DNA of 20,199 nucleotides, from IMG/VR virus record IMGVR_UViG_3300049172_000101; one strand, given 5' to 3'. Positions 7,982 through 14,384 of this stretch are shown here, piece by piece. The DNA is from an uncultured virus (IMG/VR IMGVR_UViG_3300049172_000101) (Duplodnaviria; Heunggongvirae; Uroviricota; Caudoviricetes). Within the stretch, counting starts at the first letter, position 1. Each line of letters starts with the position of its first letter. The translations under genes and the position numbers were made by a program. Below the pieces are notes generated by a model. That model did no database searches. It was not told the origin of the DNA and was given only the letters and a program-made list of their open reading frames with translations.

Positions 7982-8468
7982 CGGTTACGTCGTCCGCGAG
8001 GCCGACGATTTCGTATCGGACGCCGCCGGCTACGTCGATTTTCTGGCGTGCGTCGAGGCCGAAGAGGCGCCGGTAGCTTTCGCGGACCTTGACGAGTCGG
8101 TCGATCGCGGCAAGTTTCGGCCCGTGATCTGGCAGGGGGTTGCCGTCTTCGCCTTTGACGATGTGTCCGTGGGACACCATGACGTGGTCGCGGTGGAGGA
8201 CGTCCAGGGCTTCCTCGTAGAGGCTGTCGAGGCGTGCGGCTTCCTGCTGGATCAGGGCTTCGGCGGGGCCTTGGACGATTTCGCGGAGGGCGCGTTGGAT
8301 GGCTTGGCGGGCGTTGGATTTGTCGGTGTAGCCGAGTTCGTTGGCGATGTCTTGGAGTTTCCAGCCTTCGGCGCGGAGTTGGGCGGCGCGGGCGTCACGT
8401 TCCGCGGTTTCGGGGGTGCGTATGTAGCGGCCTTTGCCGTCTCGGGCGTTGTCGGGCGGTGAACTCAT
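7974..8468 (-). CDS. terS: Probable terminase small subunit (164 aa)
   Basis: Overlaps the terL start. N-terminal HTH GWKLQDIANELGY..NARQAI and C-terminal RRLFGLDA motif. GGAGG RBS. Confidence 0.8.
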   Translation of the reverse strand: MSSPPDNARDGKGRYIRTPETAERDARAAQLRAEGWKLQDIANELGYTDKSNARQAIQRALREIVQGPAEALIQQEAARLDSLYEEALDVLHRDHVMVSHGHIVKGEDGNPLPDHGPKLAAIDRLVKVRESYRRLFGLDARQKIDVAGGVRYEIVGLADDVTDA

Positions 8469-8511
8469 GGGTGCCGCCTCCGCTCAGGGGGTTACTGGTT
8501 GATCACATCAG

Positions 8512-8517
8512 ATGGTA
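8512..8517 (-). promoter_or_regulatory. Putative -10 box (TACCAT) upstream of terS
   Basis: TAnnnT hexamer between the hairpin at 8550-8585 and the terS RBS. Confidence 0.35.
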
Positions 8518-8549
8518 ACGATCCGTGGCGTGGCTGGTGGGTGGGCATG

Positions 8550-8585
8550 CCTGTGGGCCCGCACCAGACGGCGCGGGCCCACAGG
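8550..8585 (-). terminator. Terminator-like hairpin separating accessory genes from the packaging operon
   Basis: CCTGTGGGCCCGC / GCGGGCCCACAGG 13-bp stem, extendable by a G-U pair only on the minus strand. Confidence 0.65.
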
Positions 8586-8632
8586 GTGGGGCGTTACATC
8601 TGTCGCCAGGGTTGGCCGCTGCGTTCTTCGTA

Positions 8633-8923
8633 TCAATCCTTCCTTGTGGCCCATCGCTGCCATGCGGCGAGTCCGGCGACGGCAGCTTTCTCGCGGGTGG
8701 TTTCGGGTTGACGGGAGGCACTGCCGGTGGGGAGCCACCACGTCCACCCGTTGCGGCCCGCGCGGGAGGTGCCGCCGTAGGACGGGGCGATCACGACGAG
8801 CACCTCCCCGTCGCCGATGACGACGTGCCAGTGCCGGGAGTCTCGCCAGTCCGGGGCCTTCACCAGCTTCGCGGCTTCGATGATCTCGCGGGCACGGCGG
8901 GCAGACATCGGGCCGCGGGTCAC
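8633..8923 (-). CDS. Hypothetical Trp-rich protein (96 aa; alternative ATG start at 8908)
   Basis: GTG overlaps the upstream stop. Good codon bias. Confidence 0.7.
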   Translation of the reverse strand: MTRGPMSARRAREIIEAAKLVKAPDWRDSRHWHVVIGDGEVLVVIAPSYGGTSRAGRNGWTWWLPTGSASRQPETTREKAAVAGLAAWQRWATRKD

Positions 8924-9171
8924 GGCGCGCTCCGCATCGTCACGAGGGTGACCTTCTCGGCAAGCACGGATTCGTCGCCCTTCCGGTAGCCGGGCCGGAA
9001 GACGCTGATGGTGTACTCGCTGCCGCCAGGCTGCTCGCTCAGTATCAGGATCTCGCGCATGCCCTCCTTCACCTGCTCCAGTGCCTCCCTGGGGGTCGCC
9101 GAAGCGACGGGCACAACGAGCGGCTTCCCGGTGCGGCCTTCGACGGTGACGTGCACCTTCCAGACGTTCAT
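8920..9171 (-). CDS. Hypothetical protein (83 aa)
   Basis: ATG at 9171 with GAGGA RBS. MNVWKVHVTVEG... Confidence 0.7.
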   Translation of the reverse strand: MNVWKVHVTVEGRTGKPLVVPVASATPREALEQVKEGMREILILSEQPGGSEYTISVFRPGYRKGDESVLAEKVTLVTMRSAP

Positions 9172-9287
9172 GAGTCCTCGTCTTTCGTCCAGTACAGGCG
9201 GTCGTAGCGGGCGGCTTCGGCGGGGGTTTCCTCCCACCAGCCGGGCGCGGGGCCGGGCTCGATGAGCGGCGTTTCGTCCGTTGTCAT
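9168..9287 (-). CDS. Hypothetical microprotein (39 aa) MTTDETPLIEPGPAPGWWEETPAEAARYDRLYWTKDEDS
   Basis: Not in the ORF track. ATGA overlaps at both ends, GGAAGG RBS, fills the gap exactly. Confidence 0.65.
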   Translation of the reverse strand: MTTDETPLIEPGPAPGWWEETPAEAARYDRLYWTKDEDS

Positions 9288-9550
9288 GCCCGCACCTTCC
9301 TGGGCGTCTCGTTGCGGGCGGCGATCAGCGCCTGGCGGTGGTTCTCCATGGCGGATTCGCGGTCGTTGGCGCGCTTGGACGAGTGGTCGATGACGTACCC
9401 ACCGATCGCCATGCCGACGTGCCGCTTGTCCGGGCTGTCGTCGAAGATCACGGTGTTGTAGTAGTCGGCGGCGATACGGATCGTGGAAACGGTCAGCTGC
9501 TTGTCGCCTGCGATCACGGGCCGCTGGGCGACGATCTGCGGAACGCTCAC
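9284..9550 (-). CDS. Hypothetical protein (88 aa)
   Basis: GTG start with AGGAGAA RBS. High GC3. Confidence 0.75.
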   Translation of the reverse strand: MSVPQIVAQRPVIAGDKQLTVSTIRIAADYYNTVIFDDSPDKRHVGMAIGGYVIDHSSKRANDRESAMENHRQALIAARNETPRKVRA

Positions 9551-9599
9551 GGGGTTCTCCTGTCGGTTCAGGTCGGGCGGGACAGCCCGACAGGCGGGG

Positions 9600-9809
9600 C
9601 TAGGCGGGGGTGAGGGATCGGGCGCGGACGCAGGCCGCGGCCACCGTGTCGGCGCCGTCGACGAGCTGGAAGCGGGCCGTCCCGAGGATCGGGTCGTCGC
9701 AGTTGAGGCAGGTGCACGGGTACGCCCGGTAGGTGCCGTGGAGGCTGGTGAGGCTGCCGGTGTAGCGGACGAGCACGCCCGGCTCCCAGGCGATCATCGG
9801 GTTCAGCAT
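9600..9809 (-). CDS. Hypothetical Cys-containing protein (69 aa; CTCLNC)
   Basis: AGGAG RBS, high GC3. Confidence 0.75.
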   Translation of the reverse strand: MLNPMIAWEPGVLVRYTGSLTSLHGTYRAYPCTCLNCDDPILGTARFQLVDGADTVAAACVRARSLTPA

Positions 9810-9818
9810 GGCGGGCTC

Positions 9819-10058
9819 CTAGGCGGTGGTGCGGTTGGCGAACCGGGCGAGGTCGGCGACGAACTCGGCGACGAGCTTGCGCGCCTCGTCCTCGTCGTCG
9901 GCGATCCAGTGGTAGGCGGGGTCGGTGCGGGGCGTGTCGGGGTCGTCGAAGGGGTTGAGGGTGAGGACGAAGCCCTCGACGAGGTAGCGACCGTCGGGCA
10001 GGGCCTGGGCGGCGACGAAGCCACCCGGGCACGGGGTGAACGCGGGGAAGGCCGGCAT
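9819..10058 (-). CDS. Hypothetical protein (79 aa)
   Basis: AAGGAG RBS, high GC3. Confidence 0.75.
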   Translation of the reverse strand: MPAFPAFTPCPGGFVAAQALPDGRYLVEGFVLTLNPFDDPDTPRTDPAYHWIADDEDEARKLVAEFVADLARFANRTTA

Positions 10059-10109
10059 TGCGGGCTCCTTGCAGGGGATGCGGTTCGTCTGGTGCGCCGT
10101 GAAGTTGGT

Positions 10110-10544
10110 TTAGGCGGCCTCCGTGTAGGCGGCCTGGAAGAAGTCGGGGCGGGCGAGGTGCTTGGTCTGCTTGTAGGTGGCGAGGCCGATGTAGAGGGCC
10201 ATGTCGAAGGGCGAGTAGACGTGGACGTGAATCCAGCGGCCGGTGGTGCGGTGGCGGACCCAGCAGCGGACGGGCTCGGTGCCGGTGGCGGCGACGTGGG
10301 CCTTCTTGACGTGCCGGCCGTACCAGGCCTGGTAGCCGTCCTTGAGGTCGCTGGCGCCGAGCCGGTCGAGGATGTCGCCGGTGCGCACGAGCTGGCCGGC
10401 TTCGACGGCGACGATGATCTGGCCGCTCAACGCGCGGTAGCGGAGGGCTTTCGGCATGGTCATCGCGGTGTGGTGGGTGCGGCGGATGACGGTGAGGGCG
10501 CGGGCCTTCAGGTTGCTGCGGCGGGTGCGGCTGGTGCGGATCAT
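10110..10544 (-). CDS. Basic hypothetical protein, possibly DNA-binding (144 aa)
   Basis: First gene after a canonical promoter. YGRHVKKAH..GTEP..GRWIHVHVY..D pattern reminiscent of C-terminal domains of actinophage antirepressor-like proteins. Confidence 0.75.
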   Translation of the reverse strand: MIRTSRTRRSNLKARALTVIRRTHHTAMTMPKALRYRALSGQIIVAVEAGQLVRTGDILDRLGASDLKDGYQAWYGRHVKKAHVAATGTEPVRCWVRHRTTGRWIHVHVYSPFDMALYIGLATYKQTKHLARPDFFQAAYTEAA

Positions 10545-10586
10545 GCGGGTCCCCCTCGATGCGACTTACCGCCTTGCGATGTAAAC

Positions 10587-10615
10587 AGAGTAGGCACACT
10601 CAGTTCTCACGTCAA
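10587..10615 (-). promoter_or_regulatory. Sigma70/HrdB-type promoter TTGACG-17-TACTCT
   Basis: -35 at 10615-10610, exact 17-nt spacer, -10 at 10592-10587. Confidence 0.75.
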
Positions 10616-10647
10616 CTCAGTTGGCCATATCCGTAGGCAAACCTCGG

Positions 10648-10656
10648 TGGCATACT
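10648..10656 (+). promoter_or_regulatory. Extended -10 promoter (TGgCATACT), probably giving a leaderless mRNA
   Basis: CATACT ends 6 nt before the ATG at 10663. No Shine-Dalgarno present. Confidence 0.55.
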
Positions 10657-10662
10657 GAGTCC

Positions 10663-10887
10663 ATGAAAAAGCCGCAGACAGACGAAGAGAAGATCGAAGA
10701 GATCCGCATGCGCGCCCAGCGCATGGCAGACGACAAGGCCCGCATCTTCGAGCTGATCCCGGAGGTCTTCCCTGAGAAGAGGGGTGAGCCAGCCGTGCGC
10801 GGCCGACTCACCGCAGTCGTTGAAGCCTCCGGCTACACCCGCGAGTACGTCGCCCGCATCCGCGACGGGAAGGTGAAGCCATCTTGA
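10663..10887 (+). CDS. Small HTH DNA-binding protein, putative repressor (74 aa)
   Basis: C-terminal HTH-like LTAVVEASGYTREYVARIR. Transcribed divergently from the leftward operon. Confidence 0.7.
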   Translation: MKKPQTDEEKIEEIRMRAQRMADDKARIFELIPEVFPEKRGEPAVRGRLTAVVEASGYTREYVARIRDGKVKPS

Positions 10888-11321
10888 ACGCGCGCGCGGT
10901 CGAGGCCGCGTTCCGAAGGGCGCAGAATCGGCACTCGAAGTCCGGCAACATCTGCCATCACTTCACGTATCACCAGCTCACCTGCGACGACTACGACAGG
11001 CTGCACGCTCGCGCTGGCGGAAGTTGCGAGATCTGCCGCACCCCCGCCCAAGCGACCGGTGGGCGACGGCTCGTGGTGGATCACTTCGAATCGACGCGTC
11101 CCTACCTTCGGATCATCCGAGGGATGCTCTGCGATGCCTGCAACTCCGTCATGTCATGCCTCGATGGAACCAAGAAGTGGGGGCCCAGGCGAAGCGAACT
11201 CGAACCCAAGGCACGCGAGTACCAAGCGCGAGTCTTGCGGGACCTTCCCCTGTCTCAGATGGAACTGATCGCGCGGATACAGGAACGGCGGCGGGAGCTG
11301 CTCGCCGCTCCCCTCGCCTAG
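10884..11321 (+). CDS. Endonuclease VII-family (His-Me finger) nuclease (145 aa)
   Basis: LT.DDYD.L...GGSCEIC...LVVDH...IRGMLCDACN, the T4 endonuclease VII signature. TTG overlaps the upstream stop. Confidence 0.85.
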   Translation: MNARAVEAAFRRAQNRHSKSGNICHHFTYHQLTCDDYDRLHARAGGSCEICRTPAQATGGRRLVVDHFESTRPYLRIIRGMLCDACNSVMSCLDGTKKWGPRRSELEPKAREYQARVLRDLPLSQMELIARIQERRRELLAAPLA

Positions 11322-11336
11322 CCTGACTTCCCGTGT

Positions 11337-11368
11337 TCTGCCCCGCCCCTGCTCGGGTGCGGGGCAGA
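11337..11368 (+). terminator. Terminator-like hairpin after the nuclease gene
   Basis: TCTGCCCCGC / GCGGGGCAGA 10-bp stem. Confidence 0.55.
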
Positions 11369-11376
11369 CTGCTGTC

Positions 11377-11577
11377 ATGGCGATTCGGGTGAGCGTGCAG
11401 GCGGCGTCCGAGGATGAGTGCGCGGAAGGGCTGGCGCGACTGGTGGATGCCGGCTTCCGGCCGACTCTGCCGCCGCGGTACATGACGGATGGCCGGTGGC
11501 TTGCCCGCGCCGTACCCGCACCCAACGCGAAGGCCCCGACCGTCGATGACGGCCGGGGCCTCGAAGTTGCAGGCTGA
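11377..11577 (+). CDS. Hypothetical protein (66 aa), possibly leaderless
   Basis: MAIRVSVQAASEDECAEGL... CAGACT ends 6 nt before the ATG. Abuts the convergent gene at 11578. Confidence 0.6.
   Translation: MAIRVSVQAASEDECAEGLARLVDAGFRPTLPPRYMTDGRWLARAVPAPNAKAPTVDDGRGLEVAG
11531..11561 (-). terminator. Terminator of the long leftward small-gene operon
   Basis: AGGCCCCG.CCGTC-GAT-GACGG.CGGGGCCT. The single mismatch is a G-U pair on the minus strand. Followed by TCGCGTT, 16 nt after the stop at 11578. Confidence 0.65.
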
Positions 11578-11781
11578 TCAGACGGCGCTCTTCTCGCGAA
11601 TGTCGTGGACGAGCCCGAGCCCGTCGACCTCAACGACCGTCCCGCAGTCCCCGCACACATACTCGAGGTGCCCCTGAATATGGGCGGGCTTCGGGTCCAT
11701 CGGCCCATAGCAGCAGTCCGGGACGGCGTCGTCGATGTGCATGCCCGGGTCGAGCTCCATGCCGTAGATCGTCGGCTCCAT
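11578..11781 (-). CDS. Small putative zinc-ribbon protein (67 aa; CC..PM...YVCGDCG)
   Basis: ATG overlaps the upstream TAA. GGGAG RBS. Confidence 0.7.
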   Translation of the reverse strand: MEPTIYGMELDPGMHIDDAVPDCCYGPMDPKPAHIQGHLEYVCGDCGTVVEVDGLGLVHDIREKSAV

Positions 11782-12083
11782 TAGGACCACTCCCAGTTTT
11801 GTCCGGCGCGGGCTGCGCGGTGGGCGGCGTCGGCGAGTTCGGCGGCGAGTTCGCCCCATTCGGTGTTCATGGCGCGCTGGCCGGCGGCTTTTTCGAGGAG
11901 GTCGCCGATGCGGGCGGCTTCGTAGGGCGGGATGACGGCGATGTCGGCGAAGCGGCCGTCGAACAGGTGGCTGATCTCTCGCCATTCGCTGCTGGTGAGT
12001 GCGTGGGCGAGGTGCTGGCCGAGGTTGGCGATGGTGAGCGCCGATCGGGTGCCGCGGACTCCGTGGCTGATGCGGATTCCCAT
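11781..12083 (-). CDS. Hypothetical protein (100 aa)
   Basis: Translationally coupled on both sides. GAGGAGG RBS. Confidence 0.8.
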   Translation of the reverse strand: MGIRISHGVRGTRSALTIANLGQHLAHALTSSEWREISHLFDGRFADIAVIPPYEAARIGDLLEKAAGQRAMNTEWGELAAELADAAHRAARAGQNWEWS

Positions 12084-12307
12084 CAGAGGCCCCTCCTCGC
12101 GGCCTTCTTGAACCGCTTCGGGAGCTGCTTCTCGGCGTCGATGACGGCCTGGTTGAGGCGCTGGTAGGCGGCAGTCTCGGTGACGATCCCGGCCGCGGCC
12201 TCACGGGCGGTGTTCTCGGCGAGGTCCGCCTTGGCGCGCTGGTAGGCGGCGATCAGCCGGTTCTCGTCGGCGTAGACGTTGAGCTCGTCGGGTGTGGGAC
12301 TGGGCAT
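12083..12307 (-). CDS. Hypothetical helical protein (74 aa)
   Basis: ATG at 12307 with AGGAGAA RBS. Confidence 0.75.
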   Translation of the reverse strand: MPSPTPDELNVYADENRLIAAYQRAKADLAENTAREAAAGIVTETAAYQRLNQAVIDAEKQLPKRFKKAARRGL

Positions 12308-12381
12308 GGGTTTCTCCTGAGTCTGGCGGGTGTGGGTGGCGTGGGGTGGGGTTTCTGCGCGGTGACCGGGCAGGGTGGGGT

Positions 12382-12582
12382 TCACCGGCGGGTGTACTTG
12401 CGTTCGGCGTCGGCGATGGCGGCGGCTTCGGTGGTGGCGAGCGCGGACTTGACGACGGGCCGGCCGGTGACGCTGTCGACGATGGCGGCGAACCAGGTCT
12501 TGCCGTTGGTGGTGGGGTTGTCGATGTGGCCGTGGGTCTGGCCGGTCTCGAGGGTGTGTCCCGGCTTGAGGGTGATGGCCAT
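12382..12582 (-). CDS. Hypothetical protein (66 aa)
   Basis: GAAAGGAA RBS, high GC3. Confidence 0.75.
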   Translation of the reverse strand: MAITLKPGHTLETGQTHGHIDNPTTNGKTWFAAIVDSVTGRPVVKSALATTEAAAIADAERKYTRR

Positions 12583-12604
12583 TGCGGTTCCTTTCGGTGG
12601 GTGG

Positions 12605-13102
12605 TTAGAGGCCGCGGGTGTGGGCGAGGTCGGCTGCTTGCGTGAAGGCGAGGAGGACGGGAGCGGGGCTGGTCTGTTCGACGTTCCAGCTGGGGATGGT
12701 CTCGGCGTCCCGGTAGTGGCGCTGGATGGCGTCGAGGAGGAGCACGCAGGCGTCGTGTGCCTGGTCGCGGCTGGAGGCTTCGAGGCGGATGGCGCGCATG
12801 GGGCAGACGGCGCCGGTCTCGTCGTAGAGGGCGGTGCGGCACCAGCCGTCGGTCTCGAGCCGGGTGCGGGCCCGGTGGAGGAGGTCGGCGATCGGCGTCC
12901 GGTACGGGCCCGGGGTCGGGGTGAGCGGGACGACTTCGGCGGGGGCGGGTACAGGCTGGGCGGTGGGCAGGTGGGTGGTGTTGACCTGGAAGGCGATGGC
13001 GGCCTCGTCGAGGCGGACCGACATGACTGCGTCGGTGAGGGCGAGTCGGGCGTCGAGGTCGAGGACAGCGGGCGCGGGCCGGGTGTCGGTCGTGGTGGTC
13101 AT
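12605..13102 (-). CDS. DUF6197-like protein (165 aa)
   Basis: LETDGWC...GAVCPMRAI...IPSWN pattern. Coupled to the upstream stop. Confidence 0.65.
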   Translation of the reverse strand: MTTTTDTRPAPAVLDLDARLALTDAVMSVRLDEAAIAFQVNTTHLPTAQPVPAPAEVVPLTPTPGPYRTPIADLLHRARTRLETDGWCRTALYDETGAVCPMRAIRLEASSRDQAHDACVLLLDAIQRHYRDAETIPSWNVEQTSPAPVLLAFTQAADLAHTRGL

Positions 13103-13284
13103 CAGTGGGCCTTGCCGTTACCGAGGCACAGTCCGCAGGTGACCTTGCGCTGCACGCCTCCGAACGCCGTCCAGTTGGCGCCCTGGCCGCCGCAGTGCCA
13201 GCACAGGCCGAGCATGAGCGCCTCGTTCTGGCTGAGGTAGCGGTTCTGGGCTTCCCATTCCTCGTCGGTCATGGGCTGGGGCAT
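13102..13284 (-). CDS. Small DnaJ-type zinc-finger protein (60 aa)
   Basis: Two CxxCxGxG motifs (CWHCGGQG, CGLCLGNG). AAGGGAG RBS. Confidence 0.75.
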   Translation of the reverse strand: MPQPMTDEEWEAQNRYLSQNEALMLGLCWHCGGQGANWTAFGGVQRKVTCGLCLGNGKAH

Positions 13285-13325
13285 GATGGGGTCTCCCTTG
13301 TCTGATCTTGGATTGGGTGAGGGGG

Positions 13326-13368
13326 CGGGGCGCCCCTGGTCGCTTCCAGGCATTCGAGGGGCGCCCCG
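13326..13368. repeat. Intergenic inverted repeat (12-bp arms)
   Basis: CGGGGCGCCCCT / AGGGGCGCCCCG, 19-nt loop. Confidence 0.7.
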
Positions 13369-13374
13369 GCACAG

Positions 13375-13557
13375 CTACAGGTTTTCGCCGAAGCGGACCG
13401 TGAGCGTGGCGTCGAAGAGTTCGGCGGCTTCGCTTCCGTCGGTGGTGCGGGTGTTGTAGCGGGCCTTGACCTCGGCGAGGATCCGGTCGGTGGTCTGGCG
13501 GTCGCCGCGCTTCTTCGCGGCGACGTAGTCCTTCACGGACTGGTGGATGTACTGCAC
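13375..13557 (-). CDS. Hypothetical protein (60 aa)
   Basis: GTG start with AGGAGGA RBS. Confidence 0.75.
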   Translation of the reverse strand: MQYIHQSVKDYVAAKKRGDRQTTDRILAEVKARYNTRTTDGSEAAELFDATLTVRFGENL

Positions 13558-13573
13558 GGATTCCTCCTGGGGG

Positions 13574-13750
13574 TCAGTTGTGCCTGTCGTTGCAGCGGCG
13601 AACCGTTTCGATCACATCGACTTCGTCGACGATCACGTAGCAGTCGCACCAGCACTCGTAGATGCCGTCACCGACAGGCTTCATCGGTCGTCCGTGGCAG
13701 GTGAGGGTGCCTGCCCTCTGCCCCACTTCGGCTGTCTTGGCGGTCTTCAT
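13574..13750 (-). CDS. Small Cys-rich protein (58 aa) MKTAKTAEVGQRAGTLTCHGRPMKPVGDGIYECWCDCYVIVDEVDVIETVRRCNDRHN
   Basis: Not in the ORF track. GAAAGGA RBS, fills the gap in the operon. Confidence 0.7.
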   Translation of the reverse strand: MKTAKTAEVGQRAGTLTCHGRPMKPVGDGIYECWCDCYVIVDEVDVIETVRRCNDRHN

Positions 13751-13782
13751 TGGGCTGTCCTTTCGGTCGATGGGTTGGGGGT

Positions 13783-14184
13783 TCAGGCGCGTCGGCCGCG
13801 GATGAGGCGGGCGCCCGGGATGGAGCCCTGCCCGGCGAGCTTCTGCATGGCGCGGACCTCGTCCGCGTCGAGGTAGGCGGAGTGGTCGTCGCCGAGCGGC
13901 GCGCCGACCTGCGGGCCGGGCGTGGCCACGTTGCGCATGCCGGCCGGGGGCTCGTCGTAGACGGGGCCGTGGGTCTGGCAGAGGGTGACGGCGCTGTGGC
14001 CGCCGTCGGTGCAGGGGCTGCCGGTGAGCGGCAGCCGCTTGGTGAACACGACCTCGGAGTACAGCTGCGCGTCCTCCCAGGGGGCCCGGTTGCGGGCGAC
14101 GTCGTACACGAAGTAGTAGGGCTTGCCGAGGCGGACTTCCTTGGCGAACTTCTTCGCCTGCGCCGCGCTCCAGGACTTAGCCAT
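13783..14184 (-). CDS. Hypothetical protein (133 aa)
   Basis: ATG at 14184 with CGGAGA RBS. MAKSWSAAQAKKFAKEV... Confidence 0.75.
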   Translation of the reverse strand: MAKSWSAAQAKKFAKEVRLGKPYYFVYDVARNRAPWEDAQLYSEVVFTKRLPLTGSPCTDGGHSAVTLCQTHGPVYDEPPAGMRNVATPGPQVGAPLGDDHSAYLDADEVRAMQKLAGQGSIPGARLIRGRRA

Positions 14185-14221
14185 GGGTGTGATCTCCGTT
14201 TCGGGTTTGTGGTGGTTTGTC

Positions 14222-14361
14222 GGGTGGACAGGTGGTGGTTTGCCCCGGTCTGCACCCCGGACGGGGGGTGGTCGATGGGTGGACGCGACCCGGGTCGCGT
14301 CCACCTGCCGTCCGGGTGACATACCGGGGTAAAAAGGCTCCCGTCCGGGGGTGCGTCCGGG
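14222..14361. repeat. Putative clt (cis-acting locus of transfer) with TraB-recognition-like octamers and a 28-bp palindrome
   Basis: CCCGGACG on the minus strand at 14309-16, 14342-49 and 14354-61, and inverted at 14256-63. Perfect palindrome GGTGGACGCGACCCGGGTCGCGTCCACC at 14278-14305. Directly downstream of traB. Confidence 0.7.
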
Positions 14362-14384
14362 CCTAACGGGCACGTAAGCCCAGG

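Noticed and set aside
4477..8462. Long plus-strand ORFs opposite the portal and terminase genes (377, 481, 240 aa)
   Set aside because: Antisense to clearly identified genes, low-complexity translations.
9483..10658. 391-aa plus-strand and 343-aa minus-strand ORFs spanning several small genes
   Set aside because: They overlap three short ORFs that each have their own RBS and codon bias. Translations are shadow-like.
14222..14361. CRISPR array
   Set aside because: Repeats are 8 bp and irregularly spaced. No cas genes.
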